Under the pieces are notes generated by a model that was given only the letters and a program-made list of their open reading frames with translations, searched no databases and was not told where the DNA came from. Positions 54,901-63,068 of a stretch of DNA of 64,000 nt are shown here, one piece after another (the stretch's first letter is position 1; the number at the start of each line of letters is the position of its first letter). The stretch is from an uncultured Anaerolineaceae bacterium (lineage in GTDB: Bacteria; Chloroflexota; Anaerolineae; Anaerolineales; Anaerolineaceae): NCBI GenBank assembly GCA_964453035.1, contig CAYVOX010000001.1, positions 1,849-65,848 on the forward strand, written 5' to 3'. The position numbers and the translations under genes are program-made.

Positions 54901-55784
54901 GCACCACCCTCAGCGCCTCACAGCAGCGCCGCCTGGAAATCATGAACGGTATTGCCCAGCAGGTCGCCCTGGCGATCCAGAATGACCGCCTGCGCCAGGA
55001 AGCCATCGTCCAGGAAAGAATCAACCGCGAGGTTCAACTCGCCCGCCAGATTCAACAAACCTTCCTGCCCAGCCGCCTGCCCAACCGTAAATCCTGGGAA
55101 ATGGCAGCCCGCTGGCAACCTGCCCGCGAGGTGGGCGGCGACTTTTATGATATTTTTTCCCTCACCAAGGAACGTCTTGGCATCGCCATCGCGGATGTCT
55201 CTGATAAAGGCATGCCCGCTGCACTCTACATGACCGTCGGACGCACCCTCATCCGTGCTTACGCCAATAATGCAAAAAACGCCTCAACCCTTCTCCAGCG
55301 CATCAATACCCCCCTCGTCACCGACACGCCCAACAGCATGTTCATCACCGCCGTTTACGCCATCCTCTGGCCTGAGACCGGTCACCTGCTCTACGCCAAC
55401 GCCGGTCACAACCGCCCCTACATCTTGCGTCCCAACCGCATGGAAATTGAGATATTGCCTAAGGGCGGCATGGCGATGGGCGTCCTCGAAAGCATCCGCC
55501 TTGAAGATTCGCTCCACATCCTCGAGCCTGGTGATTGCTTTCTTCTCTATACCGACGGTGTCACCGAGAGCTTCTCCCCCTCCGGCGAGCCTTTTGGCGA
55601 GAATCGACTGCAAAACATCCTGCGCCTGAACATTCATAAAAGCGTGAATGAACTGCTGGATATCCTCGAAGCCAGCCTCATCGCCTTTCGCGAAGGCGCA
55701 CCTCCCACCGATGATGTCACCATGGTTGCCATCCGCCATCTACCCCCTGCCCAGAGCGAAATCCGCCCGGCTCAATCAGATTGA
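51930..55784 (+). CDS. Multi-GAF domain PP2C (SpoIIE/RsbU-type) phosphatase
   Basis: 1284 aa. Its ATG overlaps the RsbW stop (TGATG). About 1000 aa of repeated GAF-like units (recurrent ...PL...G...GVL... blocks). C-terminal PP2C motifs GGDFYD, ADVSDKG and YTDGVTE. Confidence 0.85.
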   Translation: MDFPGLAAEPEWKQYLRLGEQLLNLPDMAAQCRLIEQSLTNLLGCQAAVWLAQPIFPLPGQTQTLLLPHPDASELVTEAFTRRQPLFRAPQKPITPSKSSRNLRWSAFPLMARDMLLGIIEASRPTGPAFRPEEIAFLEGLSAHVALSIEINRQAALKNWRYEQLSLVRSVSAQIANVLDLDELCSRVVHLIQETFDFYHVSLFSVDDPSGSLRFRACAGRQGSDHTTAMPNLHIQQGLVNQVAVHGIERIAHDVKADPLYTADDTLPNTQSEAALPIKLENRILGVLDVKSDRLNGFHEVDILVLHALADNIARAIESARLYTDLKRRAEQISGVFEITHTLTSLLDLDSLLDAAVQAIHKHFGFSFVHLFAVHSGRRKIFYLAGSGTRSEAMRNLEITYELDDPTGLIPWVARNNRTRLANDISSDPIYRPSELPPDDTRSELTIPLTFGGDVLGILDIQSDRVNAFDEDVLPILESLAASLAIAYHNARIYKAEQWRRQVGDSFRDVASLLSSNVALEKLLETILNELERNLPCESAAIWLSDDSEDAESALYLAAVHGVGAEQVTRALQESPQAHQFMHMALTSDQATIRLPDHPSGPLGLALNYPPDYSSIAAPLRIGSQPIGVLTLAHHTAGRYGSEAFSMTTTFASYAAVAIQVARLYAQAQEQAWVSTILLQVAEASQSVNSVDELLSTMVRLSRLLVGIKKSAVFLYDNDRQSFELRAWYGMENLPADLIFPPGRAPALDQLRAIRETTFVTDPAAELDLPAAEVPSDTGTIVLLPLLSRDELLGVFLVAHQSSNHPGAMQTFDQQTLSIYQGIAHQTAVALENLILLEARQEEAYVTAVLLQVAQAVVSQNDLVDILDTIVHLTPILVGIDACIIYLWDSSVQAFRTVQAFTGSLQTEMMILEHQFSPGDFNLLDNILRDDSAYFATLPQGDFNPAEWNTLECIPIEELEKHTLPAGTHWVLGFPLSVKGELVGAMLTQERTTLSASQQRRLEIMNGIAQQVALAIQNDRLRQEAIVQERINREVQLARQIQQTFLPSRLPNRKSWEMAARWQPAREVGGDFYDIFSLTKERLGIAIADVSDKGMPAALYMTVGRTLIRAYANNAKNASTLLQRINTPLVTDTPNSMFITAVYAILWPETGHLLYANAGHNRPYILRPNRMEIEILPKGGMAMGVLESIRLEDSLHILEPGDCFLLYTDGVTESFSPSGEPFGENRLQNILRLNIHKSVNELLDILEASLIAFREGAPPTDDVTMVAIRHLPPAQSEIRPAQSD

Positions 55785-55797
55785 GCCGGGCTCTTTT
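55766..55797 (+). terminator. Intrinsic terminator overlapping the phosphatase stop codon
   Basis: CCCGGCTCAAT / ATTGAGCCGGG forms a perfect 11-bp stem with a 3-nt loop, followed by CTCTTTT. The TGA stop lies inside the 3' arm. Confidence 0.7.
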
Positions 55798-55860
55798 CAC
55801 GTATTCTTATCTCTTTTTTACAATAGAACCTGCCAGCTATTGGAACTTCCCCGCTGCCTG

Positions 55861-56235
55861 CTACTTACCAAAAAACAAAGCCCACCAGCGCTCCCAATGC
55901 TGCACCACCCGTGCCGTCGGCGTAGGCAGGGTTTGCGGCTGGGGGGTTGCGGCGCTGTCCACCAAAGGAATGATAGGAATATTCCCGGATTGCCCCTGCT
56001 TTTGCATCCCCGCCCAAATTTCCACCGCTGCCTGCGAGGTCGCGTAAGCGATTTTGGTCACATACGCGCTTTGAGTTTCTTCCATACCAGCCTGCTCAGT
56101 CGCCATCGTATCCCTCTGGCTGGTCAATCTGAACAGGTCACCTAATCGCGAATTCAAATCCATCAACAGGAAAAATGCCAGCACCAGCAGCCCAATAAAA
56201 ATGATTTGCTTCTTATTTCCCTGAATTTTTTCCAT
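55861..56235 (-). CDS. Small bitopic protein, possibly FtsB/DivIC-type septum formation initiator
   Basis: 124 aa. N-terminal TM followed by a short coiled coil. A segment AAVEIWAGMQKQGQSGNIPIIPL is reminiscent of the DivIC/FtsB C-terminal motif. The match is weak. Confidence 0.45.
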   Translation of the reverse strand: MEKIQGNKKQIIFIGLLVLAFFLLMDLNSRLGDLFRLTSQRDTMATEQAGMEETQSAYVTKIAYATSQAAVEIWAGMQKQGQSGNIPIIPLVDSAATPQPQTLPTPTARVVQHWERWWALFFGK

Positions 56236-56378
56236 ATCGCTATCTTACCTCAAGGTTTAAAACCGGACAAGGTAAAACTGCATGCAAATCAAGCACTGAC
56301 CGTAGGCGGCGCGAGCCCTGCTCACCCTGGGCGCTCCGACCTGGTATGATTGGTGCAACAAGTGTACCGGATAACAAA

Positions 56379-56401
56379 ATCCCCGGAAGTAATCCGGGGA
56401 T
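56379..56401 (-). terminator. Terminator downstream of tRNA-Leu
   Basis: ATCCCCGGA / TCCGGGGAT stem with a 5-nt loop. On the minus strand it is followed by TTTTGTT. Confidence 0.6.
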
Positions 56402-56405
56402 GGTG

Positions 56406-56489
<84 letters not shown>

Positions 56490-56614
56490 TTGCTGCACAG
56501 TATTTTACCTAATTATCCAGTTTTGTCAACCCTGGCAGGTCGATTTGCCCGGGTCTCATTCAGGGTATGGCGGCGCATCAGTGCTATAATTTCGAATAAA
56601 CATGGATAAAGGGC

Positions 56615-59026
56615 ATGGATAGCATTCTCCAGCAAATTTTTGACCTTCTCACCACGCCTCCCGGGAACCTCGTCTATCACCTGGTGCTCGGTTTTGCCGT
56701 CATCGCTGCCCTCCAGGCTATCCTCATGGCGCGCCGCTTCGCCCCGTCCATCCCCTCCAGCCGTCCCATCCTCGGCCTTTCGCTTCTCATCCTTAGCCAG
56801 GGTGCCATTTTCATTATCACCGGCCTGGCGTGGCAAGGCTTTGCTGACCTGCGCGCCGTTCTGCCCCCCTCCGACCGTTTCATCACTGCCAGTGGGCTGC
56901 TGCTCATCATCTGGCTGTGGGCCGTTCCGCGCCCCTCGCACCTCTGGGATGCCCTCACCGCAGTGATCTTTACCCTCATCACGGTTGCCTTCCTGTTCAC
57001 CCTGGCCAACTGGAGTGCAAATCCCCCCTCGCAAAAGTTCAACACAACCTTTTATGACCAGGTTTGGGAAGTGCTCTCCCTCTCCCTTACTGCGCTCGGA
57101 ATAATCATCCTCATCATCCGCCGCCCTCAGGGATGGGGTGTCGGCCTGGCTGTGCTGTTCGTTAATCTCACCGGTCACGCTGTTCAATTCTTCTGGCCTG
57201 CCCCGGAAGGCGACCTTTCCGGTCCTGTCCGCCTGGCCCAGTTGTGCACCTATCCGCTGCTTCCTTCCCTGGCTCAACGGTTCCATCCTACCCTCACTCC
57301 CTCACAGCCCGCATCTGTTGCACCCACATCAACGTCCACTGGCGTCTTTAAAGAACGCCGCAAGCACAGTGCTGATCCGCGCGCCGTATTCGCCTGGATG
57401 CAGCTGGCTATTCAGACCGACCCTGACCAATCCTTCACCAATCTCAGCCGCGCCATCGCACAGACCATGCTCGCGGATTTATGCTATATCGTTTCCGCTC
57501 CCACCGCTCAGAGCGACCTGGTTCTTCACGGCGGCTACGATTTGATTCGCGAAGAACCTTGTCCTCCCACGCGCATCAACCGCGAAAGCGTCCCAAACTT
57601 GGCCAACGCCGCCTACCGTGGCCGCTCGGCGCGTCTTGGCAGTGATTCTGCCCCCGCGCCGGACTTGCAGGCCGTAGCTGAAGCGTTGGGTTTGCAGGAT
57701 TGCGGCAACATTCTACTCATCCCCCTGGCCTCCACTGAACACTCCTTCGGAGCAGTGCTTTTACTTGCCCCCTACAGCAACCGAACCTGGACACCGGAAG
57801 ACCAATCCTACTTCCTCACCTCCATCGATTCGATTGTCCGCTTCCTGCAACGCTCCTCCACGGTTGAGCCTGAAGTGCACAGGCAACCTTCACCCACCTC
57901 TGAGCCCCCCGTTACCACCTTGCACTCAGCGGAATTGGAATCCCTGCGCAGCCAGGCGGAAACGTTACGGCAAGATAACCAGCTGCTCCTCTCTGAGCTC
58001 GCCGACCTTCGCCTCGAAGCCCCGTCATCTCCAGCTGCCCCAGAGCTCAAGCAGGCTCAGGAAGCCATTTCGCGCCTGCAGCAGGAAAATCACCGCCTGG
58101 TTTCTCAACTTCAATCGCAATTCCCGGCTGCCTACGCTGAAAAATCCCTGGAAGTGGAACAACTCGAACAGGAAATCCGTCACAGCCTTGAGGAGTGCGC
58201 CCACCTGCAAAATAGCCTGGCTGAAGCCAATATGCAGATTCTCACCCTGCAAAAACGCGCCGACCAACCCATTCGCGCCGTCAGCGAAGACCGCGAGGTG
58301 ATTGCTTCCATCGCCCAGGAATTACGCCAGCCCCTGGCTTCCATCACCGGCTATACCGAACTGCTCCTCTCTGAATCCGCGGGCATTCTCGGTGCCCTGC
58401 AGCGCAAATTTCTCGAACGCGTCAAATCCTCCACCGAACGCATGCGCTCCATCCTTGATGAACTGGTGCGCCTCACTAATATCCAGAATGTTCCCCTTGA
58501 ATTGATTATCCAACCCATTCACCCCGCCGAGGTGATCGACCAGGCTGTAGCCGATACCCGCGCCCAACTCCAGGAAAAGAGTATCACCCTTCAAATTGAC
58601 CTTATCGAGCAACTACCGGACTTATTCACCGACCGCGATGCTTTTTGCCAGGTGGTCACCCAGTTGCTGCAAAACGCCATCTCGGCCTCTCCAGCGGAAG
58701 GCATCATCAGGCTGCGTACCGCTCTCGAAGGGCAGGATACCTCCTCGCCATACCTGCTCCTGCAATTTACCGATTCCGGTGGGGGTATCGATCCGCAGGA
58801 TTTGCCCCGCGTCTTCTCGCGCCGCTACCGGGCAGACCATGCCCTCATTCAGGGTGTCGGCGATAGCGGGGTTGGCCTCTCCATCGCCAAAACCCTTGTC
58901 GAAGCGCACGGCGGACGCATCTGGGTGGATACCGAACCGGGTAAAACCACCACCTTCAGCGCATTGTTCCCCATCCGCATAAAAGGAGCCACAGGCGCCG
59001 GCGCCTCAGATGAAACCGTTGCGTGA
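56615..59026 (+). CDS. Membrane sensor histidine-kinase-like protein (multi-TM, GAF-like, coiled coil, DHp, HATPase_c); H-box His is Gln
   Basis: 803 aa. About 7 N-terminal TM segments. DHp H-box reads IAQELRQPLASITGYTELL. N-box LLQNAISASP, G1 DSGGGIDP and G2 GDSGVGLSIAK are intact. Confidence 0.85.
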   Translation: MDSILQQIFDLLTTPPGNLVYHLVLGFAVIAALQAILMARRFAPSIPSSRPILGLSLLILSQGAIFIITGLAWQGFADLRAVLPPSDRFITASGLLLIIWLWAVPRPSHLWDALTAVIFTLITVAFLFTLANWSANPPSQKFNTTFYDQVWEVLSLSLTALGIIILIIRRPQGWGVGLAVLFVNLTGHAVQFFWPAPEGDLSGPVRLAQLCTYPLLPSLAQRFHPTLTPSQPASVAPTSTSTGVFKERRKHSADPRAVFAWMQLAIQTDPDQSFTNLSRAIAQTMLADLCYIVSAPTAQSDLVLHGGYDLIREEPCPPTRINRESVPNLANAAYRGRSARLGSDSAPAPDLQAVAEALGLQDCGNILLIPLASTEHSFGAVLLLAPYSNRTWTPEDQSYFLTSIDSIVRFLQRSSTVEPEVHRQPSPTSEPPVTTLHSAELESLRSQAETLRQDNQLLLSELADLRLEAPSSPAAPELKQAQEAISRLQQENHRLVSQLQSQFPAAYAEKSLEVEQLEQEIRHSLEECAHLQNSLAEANMQILTLQKRADQPIRAVSEDREVIASIAQELRQPLASITGYTELLLSESAGILGALQRKFLERVKSSTERMRSILDELVRLTNIQNVPLELIIQPIHPAEVIDQAVADTRAQLQEKSITLQIDLIEQLPDLFTDRDAFCQVVTQLLQNAISASPAEGIIRLRTALEGQDTSSPYLLLQFTDSGGGIDPQDLPRVFSRRYRADHALIQGVGDSGVGLSIAKTLVEAHGGRIWVDTEPGKTTTFSALFPIRIKGATGAGASDETVA

Positions 59027-59963
59027 GGTTTTAGCGGGCTTTTTAAGCGTCATCATCACCGCTCTCATTGTTTTCGGCGCGGCGTCGGCTGGCATTTCCG
59101 AGGGGCTGCTTTCCGCTGTTTATGCCACGCAACCGGTTGATGAACTCCGCATCCTAACCATCCTCCCCGGCATGCCCACCCCCAAACCCAGAGCCACACA
59201 GCACCTCAAGGTCATCACCAACACACCCACCACCGTGAACGCCTGTCCTATCCCCAGGAATTGGCAGCCCTACAGCATTCAACCTGGTGATACCCTCGAA
59301 GAGCTGGCAACTTCTCGCAAAGTGTCGACGGCACTGATTATGCAGGGCAACTGCCTGGTGAGCACAAGTCTTCTCACCGGTACCACCCTCTACCTGCCCC
59401 GGGAACCCCAGCCCACACTGACTTCTTCCGCAGCGCTTATTCCAACGCTAACTCCGCAACGTTGCGGTCCCCCGCGCACCTGGATTCGCTACATTGTGCA
59501 ACCCTCCGACACCCTCTTCCGCCTGTCCTATTTATACGGCGTGAGCGTTCTTGAGCTTCAATTTGCCAACTGCCTCACCGATAGTCTAATTCGCGTAGGA
59601 GAGGTGTTGTATGTCCCCAATGTCGCCACCCGCACCCTCAGCCCAACGCCTGTTACCCCCACCAACACGACAGTGCCCACCCGCACCTACACTATAACAC
59701 TGACCCCATCCATCACCCTGACGCCCACCATCACCCTGACCCCATCCAAGACACCTACGCGCACCATTACGCTGACCTTCACCAAGACTTTATCTCCCAC
59801 GCCCACGCTGACTTTCACAAAAACCTCCACGCCTACCCGCACGCCGACCCCCACCTCCACCTCAACCCGTACACCTACACCCACCAGCACGGCTACGCCC
59901 ACCATCACCCCCACTGGTAAATCCGCCGGCGCGCCCGAGAGTTGGCTTTGGTGGATACCCTGA
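59010..59963 (+). CDS. Membrane-anchored protein with two LysM domains and a Thr/Pro-rich C-terminal tail
   Basis: 317 aa. N-terminal TM segment. LysM 1 is [13 protein letters not shown] and LysM 2 is [27 protein letters not shown]. About 80 aa of T/P repeats follow. Confidence 0.8.
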   Translation: MKPLREVLAGFLSVIITALIVFGAASAGISEGLLSAVYATQPVDELRILTILPGMPTPKPRATQHLKVITNTPTTVNACPIPRNWQPYSIQPGDTLEELATSRKVSTALIMQGNCLVSTSLLTGTTLYLPREPQPTLTSSAALIPTLTPQRCGPPRTWIRYIVQPSDTLFRLSYLYGVSVLELQFANCLTDSLIRVGEVLYVPNVATRTLSPTPVTPTNTTVPTRTYTITLTPSITLTPTITLTPSKTPTRTITLTFTKTLSPTPTLTFTKTSTPTRTPTPTSTSTRTPTPTSTATPTITPTGKSAGAPESWLWWIP

Positions 59964-59985
59964 ACCACCGCAGATAGGATTTTTT

Positions 59986-61056
59986 ATGTTGAAAAAGCTC
60001 ATCGTCATCATTACCCTGTTAGCTTCAACACTGGCATGTAACCTGCCGATTCTTCCCGATGCGCAGGAGACGGCTACCCCCGTTCCTGTCTCCTTCCTCA
60101 ACGTCACTCCAGACCCTAATGCCACCGCCACCGCCACACCTTTTCAACCGCTTCCACCCACGGCTGTCGTTTCACCCACTAATCTAAAACCCTCCGGAGC
60201 TGCCCCCACCGCAACAACCAAAGCCGCGCAACCCACAAGAGTCTCTCAGCCAACACAACCTTCCAAACCACAGTACGGTAAGTATCCCGAAGGCCAGGTG
60301 CGCATCATGGTGTTGGGCTCGGATAGCCGCGGAGAAGCCGTTGCCCGCACCGATGTTATGATGATGGTCAGTATCACGCCTTCTACCGGTTCCGTCACCG
60401 TTCTTTCATTCCCCCGCGATCTGTGGGTCAACCTGCCCGGCGTTGGCATGAATCGCATCAATACCGCCATGGTATTCGGGGGTTTTAACCTCCTTGCCGC
60501 CACCCTTGATAATAACTTCGGCATTCGCCCCGATCACTACATCATGACCACCTTCAAAGGCTTCATTAGCATAGTGGATAGCATCGGCGGTATTGATGTC
60601 AACGCTGCCTCTACCCTCACCGACCGCTGCGCCCTTCCACAGGCTGTACGTGGTTACTGCACCATTAAAGCCGGCGTCAATCATTTGAACGGCTCCACAG
60701 CCCTCTGGTACGTCCGCTCACGCTACTCCTCCAGCGACTTTGACCGCGAGCGCCGCTCTCAGGAAGTGCTGCAAGCGATCTTCCAAAAATTAATGAAACT
60801 CAACACCCTCACCAAGATTCCCCAGTTCTTTGATATTTACAAGAAAAATGTGGTAACCAGCCTCACCCTCCAGGATGTCGTCGGCATGGCTACCATTGCC
60901 CCCGGGTTGATTGCCAATCCCTCCAAAATCCGCCGTTATACCATCACCTCAAAGGATGTGTATAATTACGTCGTCCCCGGCAGCGGCGCCCAGGTACTAA
61001 TCCCCAACCAGGCCAACATCAAAAATATTATCCAGCAGGCCGTTTTCACGCCATAA
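59986..61056 (+). CDS. LytR-CpsA-Psr (LCP) family cell-envelope phosphotransferase
   Basis: 356 aa. Signal/lipobox-like N-terminus (LLASTLAC). LCP core IMVLGSDSRGEAVARTDVMMMVSI...FPRDLWV. Confidence 0.85.
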   Translation: MLKKLIVIITLLASTLACNLPILPDAQETATPVPVSFLNVTPDPNATATATPFQPLPPTAVVSPTNLKPSGAAPTATTKAAQPTRVSQPTQPSKPQYGKYPEGQVRIMVLGSDSRGEAVARTDVMMMVSITPSTGSVTVLSFPRDLWVNLPGVGMNRINTAMVFGGFNLLAATLDNNFGIRPDHYIMTTFKGFISIVDSIGGIDVNAASTLTDRCALPQAVRGYCTIKAGVNHLNGSTALWYVRSRYSSSDFDRERRSQEVLQAIFQKLMKLNTLTKIPQFFDIYKKNVVTSLTLQDVVGMATIAPGLIANPSKIRRYTITSKDVYNYVVPGSGAQVLIPNQANIKNIIQQAVFTP

Positions 61057-61188
61057 CGCCTGTTTCACGAGCTACACTGCTCTCCATCTTGATTGCTTCC
61101 ATCAGGGTAGTCTCTCCCACTCACTGAATTCATTTATCTTCATTAGTGAACGCATAGCGTTAAGTCACAACAAAAAGGAAGAGAAATT

Positions 61189-61914
61189 ATGCCGCCTCAA
61201 GAAAAATTCTCTTTATTACGGTCAATTCTTAAAACCTTTGGGCTGTCTCCAGAGGCTATCGATGATATCACCGATCGGATTGTTGACCTGCTTTCGGAAA
61301 AAGATCAGAAAACACCCTATAGACAAGATTACCCCTACATTCTGCGAGATGATTTTGTCAGTAAGGCAGAACACAGCTTCTTTCTGGTTCTAAAATCAGT
61401 GGTGCCTGAGACATTGATAATTTGTCCAAAGGTTGCATTAGGAGATCTATTCTACGTAAATTCTAGCGATCCCAGTGAATACCGCACAATGACCAACAAA
61501 ATCGACCGCAAACACGTCGACTATCTTCTTTGCGACGCAAAAACTTTACGGCCACTTGCGGGTATTGAATTGGATGACAAAAGCCACAAGCGGCAAGATC
61601 GCCAGGCTCGTGATGAATTTGTTGAGAAGGTCTTCTTCGCGGCCAAGTTGCCTCTGGTGCGATTCCCTGCTCAATTTTCTTATTCTGTGGCTGATGTAAG
61701 GTCTGCTGTCGCACCATTTCTAGAAAATATGGAACCAGCTATCAAACCTGAACCCGCAAACCAGCCATTAGGGAAGAACACTCCTGTCTGTCCCAAGTGC
61801 GGCAACCCAATGGTGTTACGCACGGCTAGAAGTGGTTCTACCCCAGGTGAGCAATTTTGGGGTTGTCCAGATTACCCTAAATGTCGGGGGATGTTGAAAT
61901 ACGAAAAGATATAG
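61189..61914 (+). CDS. DUF2726 (PD-(D/E)xK nuclease-fold) protein with C-terminal topoisomerase-type C4 zinc finger
   Basis: 241 aa. SKAEHSFFLVL...CPKVALGDL...KHVDYLLCD...GIELDDKSH is the DUF2726 core as I recall it. C-terminal CPKCG...WGCPDYPKC. The gene is visibly AT-richer than its neighbours. Confidence 0.7.
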   Translation: MPPQEKFSLLRSILKTFGLSPEAIDDITDRIVDLLSEKDQKTPYRQDYPYILRDDFVSKAEHSFFLVLKSVVPETLIICPKVALGDLFYVNSSDPSEYRTMTNKIDRKHVDYLLCDAKTLRPLAGIELDDKSHKRQDRQARDEFVEKVFFAAKLPLVRFPAQFSYSVADVRSAVAPFLENMEPAIKPEPANQPLGKNTPVCPKCGNPMVLRTARSGSTPGEQFWGCPDYPKCRGMLKYEKI

Positions 61915-62017
61915 TTTTTTACACAGTTCAATGCTCATGGTTTTTATTATGTGTCCGTCTATTCAAAGCATTGGATTCTTGCCTTCTCGGCAACTTTTCT
62001 GAAATCTCATCAATAAA

Positions 62018-62046
62018 TTGACATTTTCTCCGAAATCATTTACACT
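62018..62046 (+). promoter_or_regulatory. Putative promoter of the Xer-like gene
   Basis: TTGACA (62018-23), 17 nt, TACACT (62041-46). AGGAGG SD before ATG 62092. Confidence 0.45.
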
Positions 62047-62091
62047 AAATCAGTAATATCTATACGCAAACCCTCATTTTAGGAGGTTCCC

Positions 62092-62994
62092 ATGCCCACC
62101 GACCGTCCAATCATCGCCACTCATATTACCCCCTCCACGCATATCATCCCCGCACTGGGCGCCTGGGAAGTGTACCTCAAAGACCAGGGGCGTTCTCCAT
62201 ATACCGTCAAAGCCTTCCTCAACGACCTGCAACTGCTCACCTCCTACCTCCCACCTGATCGAACCCTCGGCGCGGTCTCCACCAAAGACCTCAATAACTT
62301 CCTGCAGTGGCTTCAGAATGGGCGCAGCATCCCCTGTAGCCCCAAGAGTCTCGCCCGCCGCATCACCTCCATTAAATCGTTCTTTCGCTGGCTCCACCGC
62401 GGTGGCGTCCTCACCGTTGACCCGGCTGAAAAAGTGGTGCAACAATCCGTCATCAGCCCCCTGCCTGAAGTTCTCACCCCAGAGGAGCAGGTTCGAGTGC
62501 TTGAAGCCGCCGCCAGAATGCGCGCAGCAAAAAAGCCGGATGCTCGCCCCTACACCCTGCTAACCCTCCTGCTTGCTACCGGCATTAAAAAAGGTGAATG
62601 TCTCGCCATTAACCTCAACCATATCGACCTTCAATCCCCCAACGGTCCAATTCTCTTCGTCCGCTATGCCAGTCCTGCCAACCGCTACAAGGAGCGCAAA
62701 ATTGACCTCCCCACCGAGTGGATTGGTGCCTACCAGGAATTCCTCACCCAGTACCGCCCATCAGACCGCTTTTTCGACTGGTCTCCACGCCGCCTGGAAT
62801 ATCTTCTTGCGGATATTGGTAAGGCCGCCCAGCTCACCAAGCACCTATCTTTTGATATGTGCCGCTGGACTTGCGCCCTCAATGACTGGAACTCCACCAT
62901 GGAGCGCGACCACATCCGCCAGAAGCTGGGTATCTCCAAGATTCAGTGGCGTGAAATTTCCACCAAACTCCGGCAATTAGCCGAATCCCACTAA
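62092..62994 (+). CDS. Tyrosine-recombinase-fold (XerC/XerD-like) protein lacking the catalytic Tyr and several active-site residues
   Basis: 300 aa. SAM-like N-domain (YTVKAFLNDLQLL, SLARRITSIKSFFRWL). The C-domain aligns with XerD, but ATGIKKGE replaces TGLRxSE, LSFDMCRWT replaces SPHxLRH, and LGISKIQWREISTKL replaces LGHSxxxTTQIYTHV. Confidence 0.8.
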   Translation: MPTDRPIIATHITPSTHIIPALGAWEVYLKDQGRSPYTVKAFLNDLQLLTSYLPPDRTLGAVSTKDLNNFLQWLQNGRSIPCSPKSLARRITSIKSFFRWLHRGGVLTVDPAEKVVQQSVISPLPEVLTPEEQVRVLEAAARMRAAKKPDARPYTLLTLLLATGIKKGECLAINLNHIDLQSPNGPILFVRYASPANRYKERKIDLPTEWIGAYQEFLTQYRPSDRFFDWSPRRLEYLLADIGKAAQLTKHLSFDMCRWTCALNDWNSTMERDHIRQKLGISKIQWREISTKLRQLAESH

Positions 62995-62995
62995 G

Positions 62996-63034
62996 AAAAA
63001 GCTCTCTGGAACCTCAATTCCAGAGAGCTTTCTT
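62996..63034. terminator. Bidirectional intrinsic terminator between the Xer-like gene and htrA
   Basis: GCTCTCTGGAA / TTCCAGAGAGC forms a perfect 11-bp stem with a 6-nt loop. It is flanked by AAAAA on the 5' side and TTTCTT on the 3' side. Confidence 0.8.
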
Positions 63035-63068
63035 CAATGCAAATATTCGCAATATCTTGCGGTTGTTT

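Noticed and set aside
56236-56378. GC-rich, apparently structured segment between tRNA-Leu and the ftsB-like gene. The minus-strand motif CCAGGUCGGAGCGCCCAGGGUGAGCAGGGC superficially resembles the 4.5S/SRP RNA domain IV.
   Set aside because: The SRP hallmark is absent: there is no 3-bp stem closed by a GGAA/GNRA tetraloop and flanked by the AGG/AGCA symmetric loop. Only a 4-bp GCCC/GGGC stem with a 10-nt loop forms. The region is better explained as promoter and leader of the downstream gene (TTGTCC-17-TAAGAT just before the ATG).
59680-59915. Repetitive ACC/CCC/ACG-rich DNA that looks like a tandem repeat array.
   Set aside because: It is in frame within the LysM protein and encodes a degenerate Thr/Pro linker ([23 protein letters not shown]...). 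There is no fixed repeat unit and no spacers, so it is neither a CRISPR array nor a satellite.
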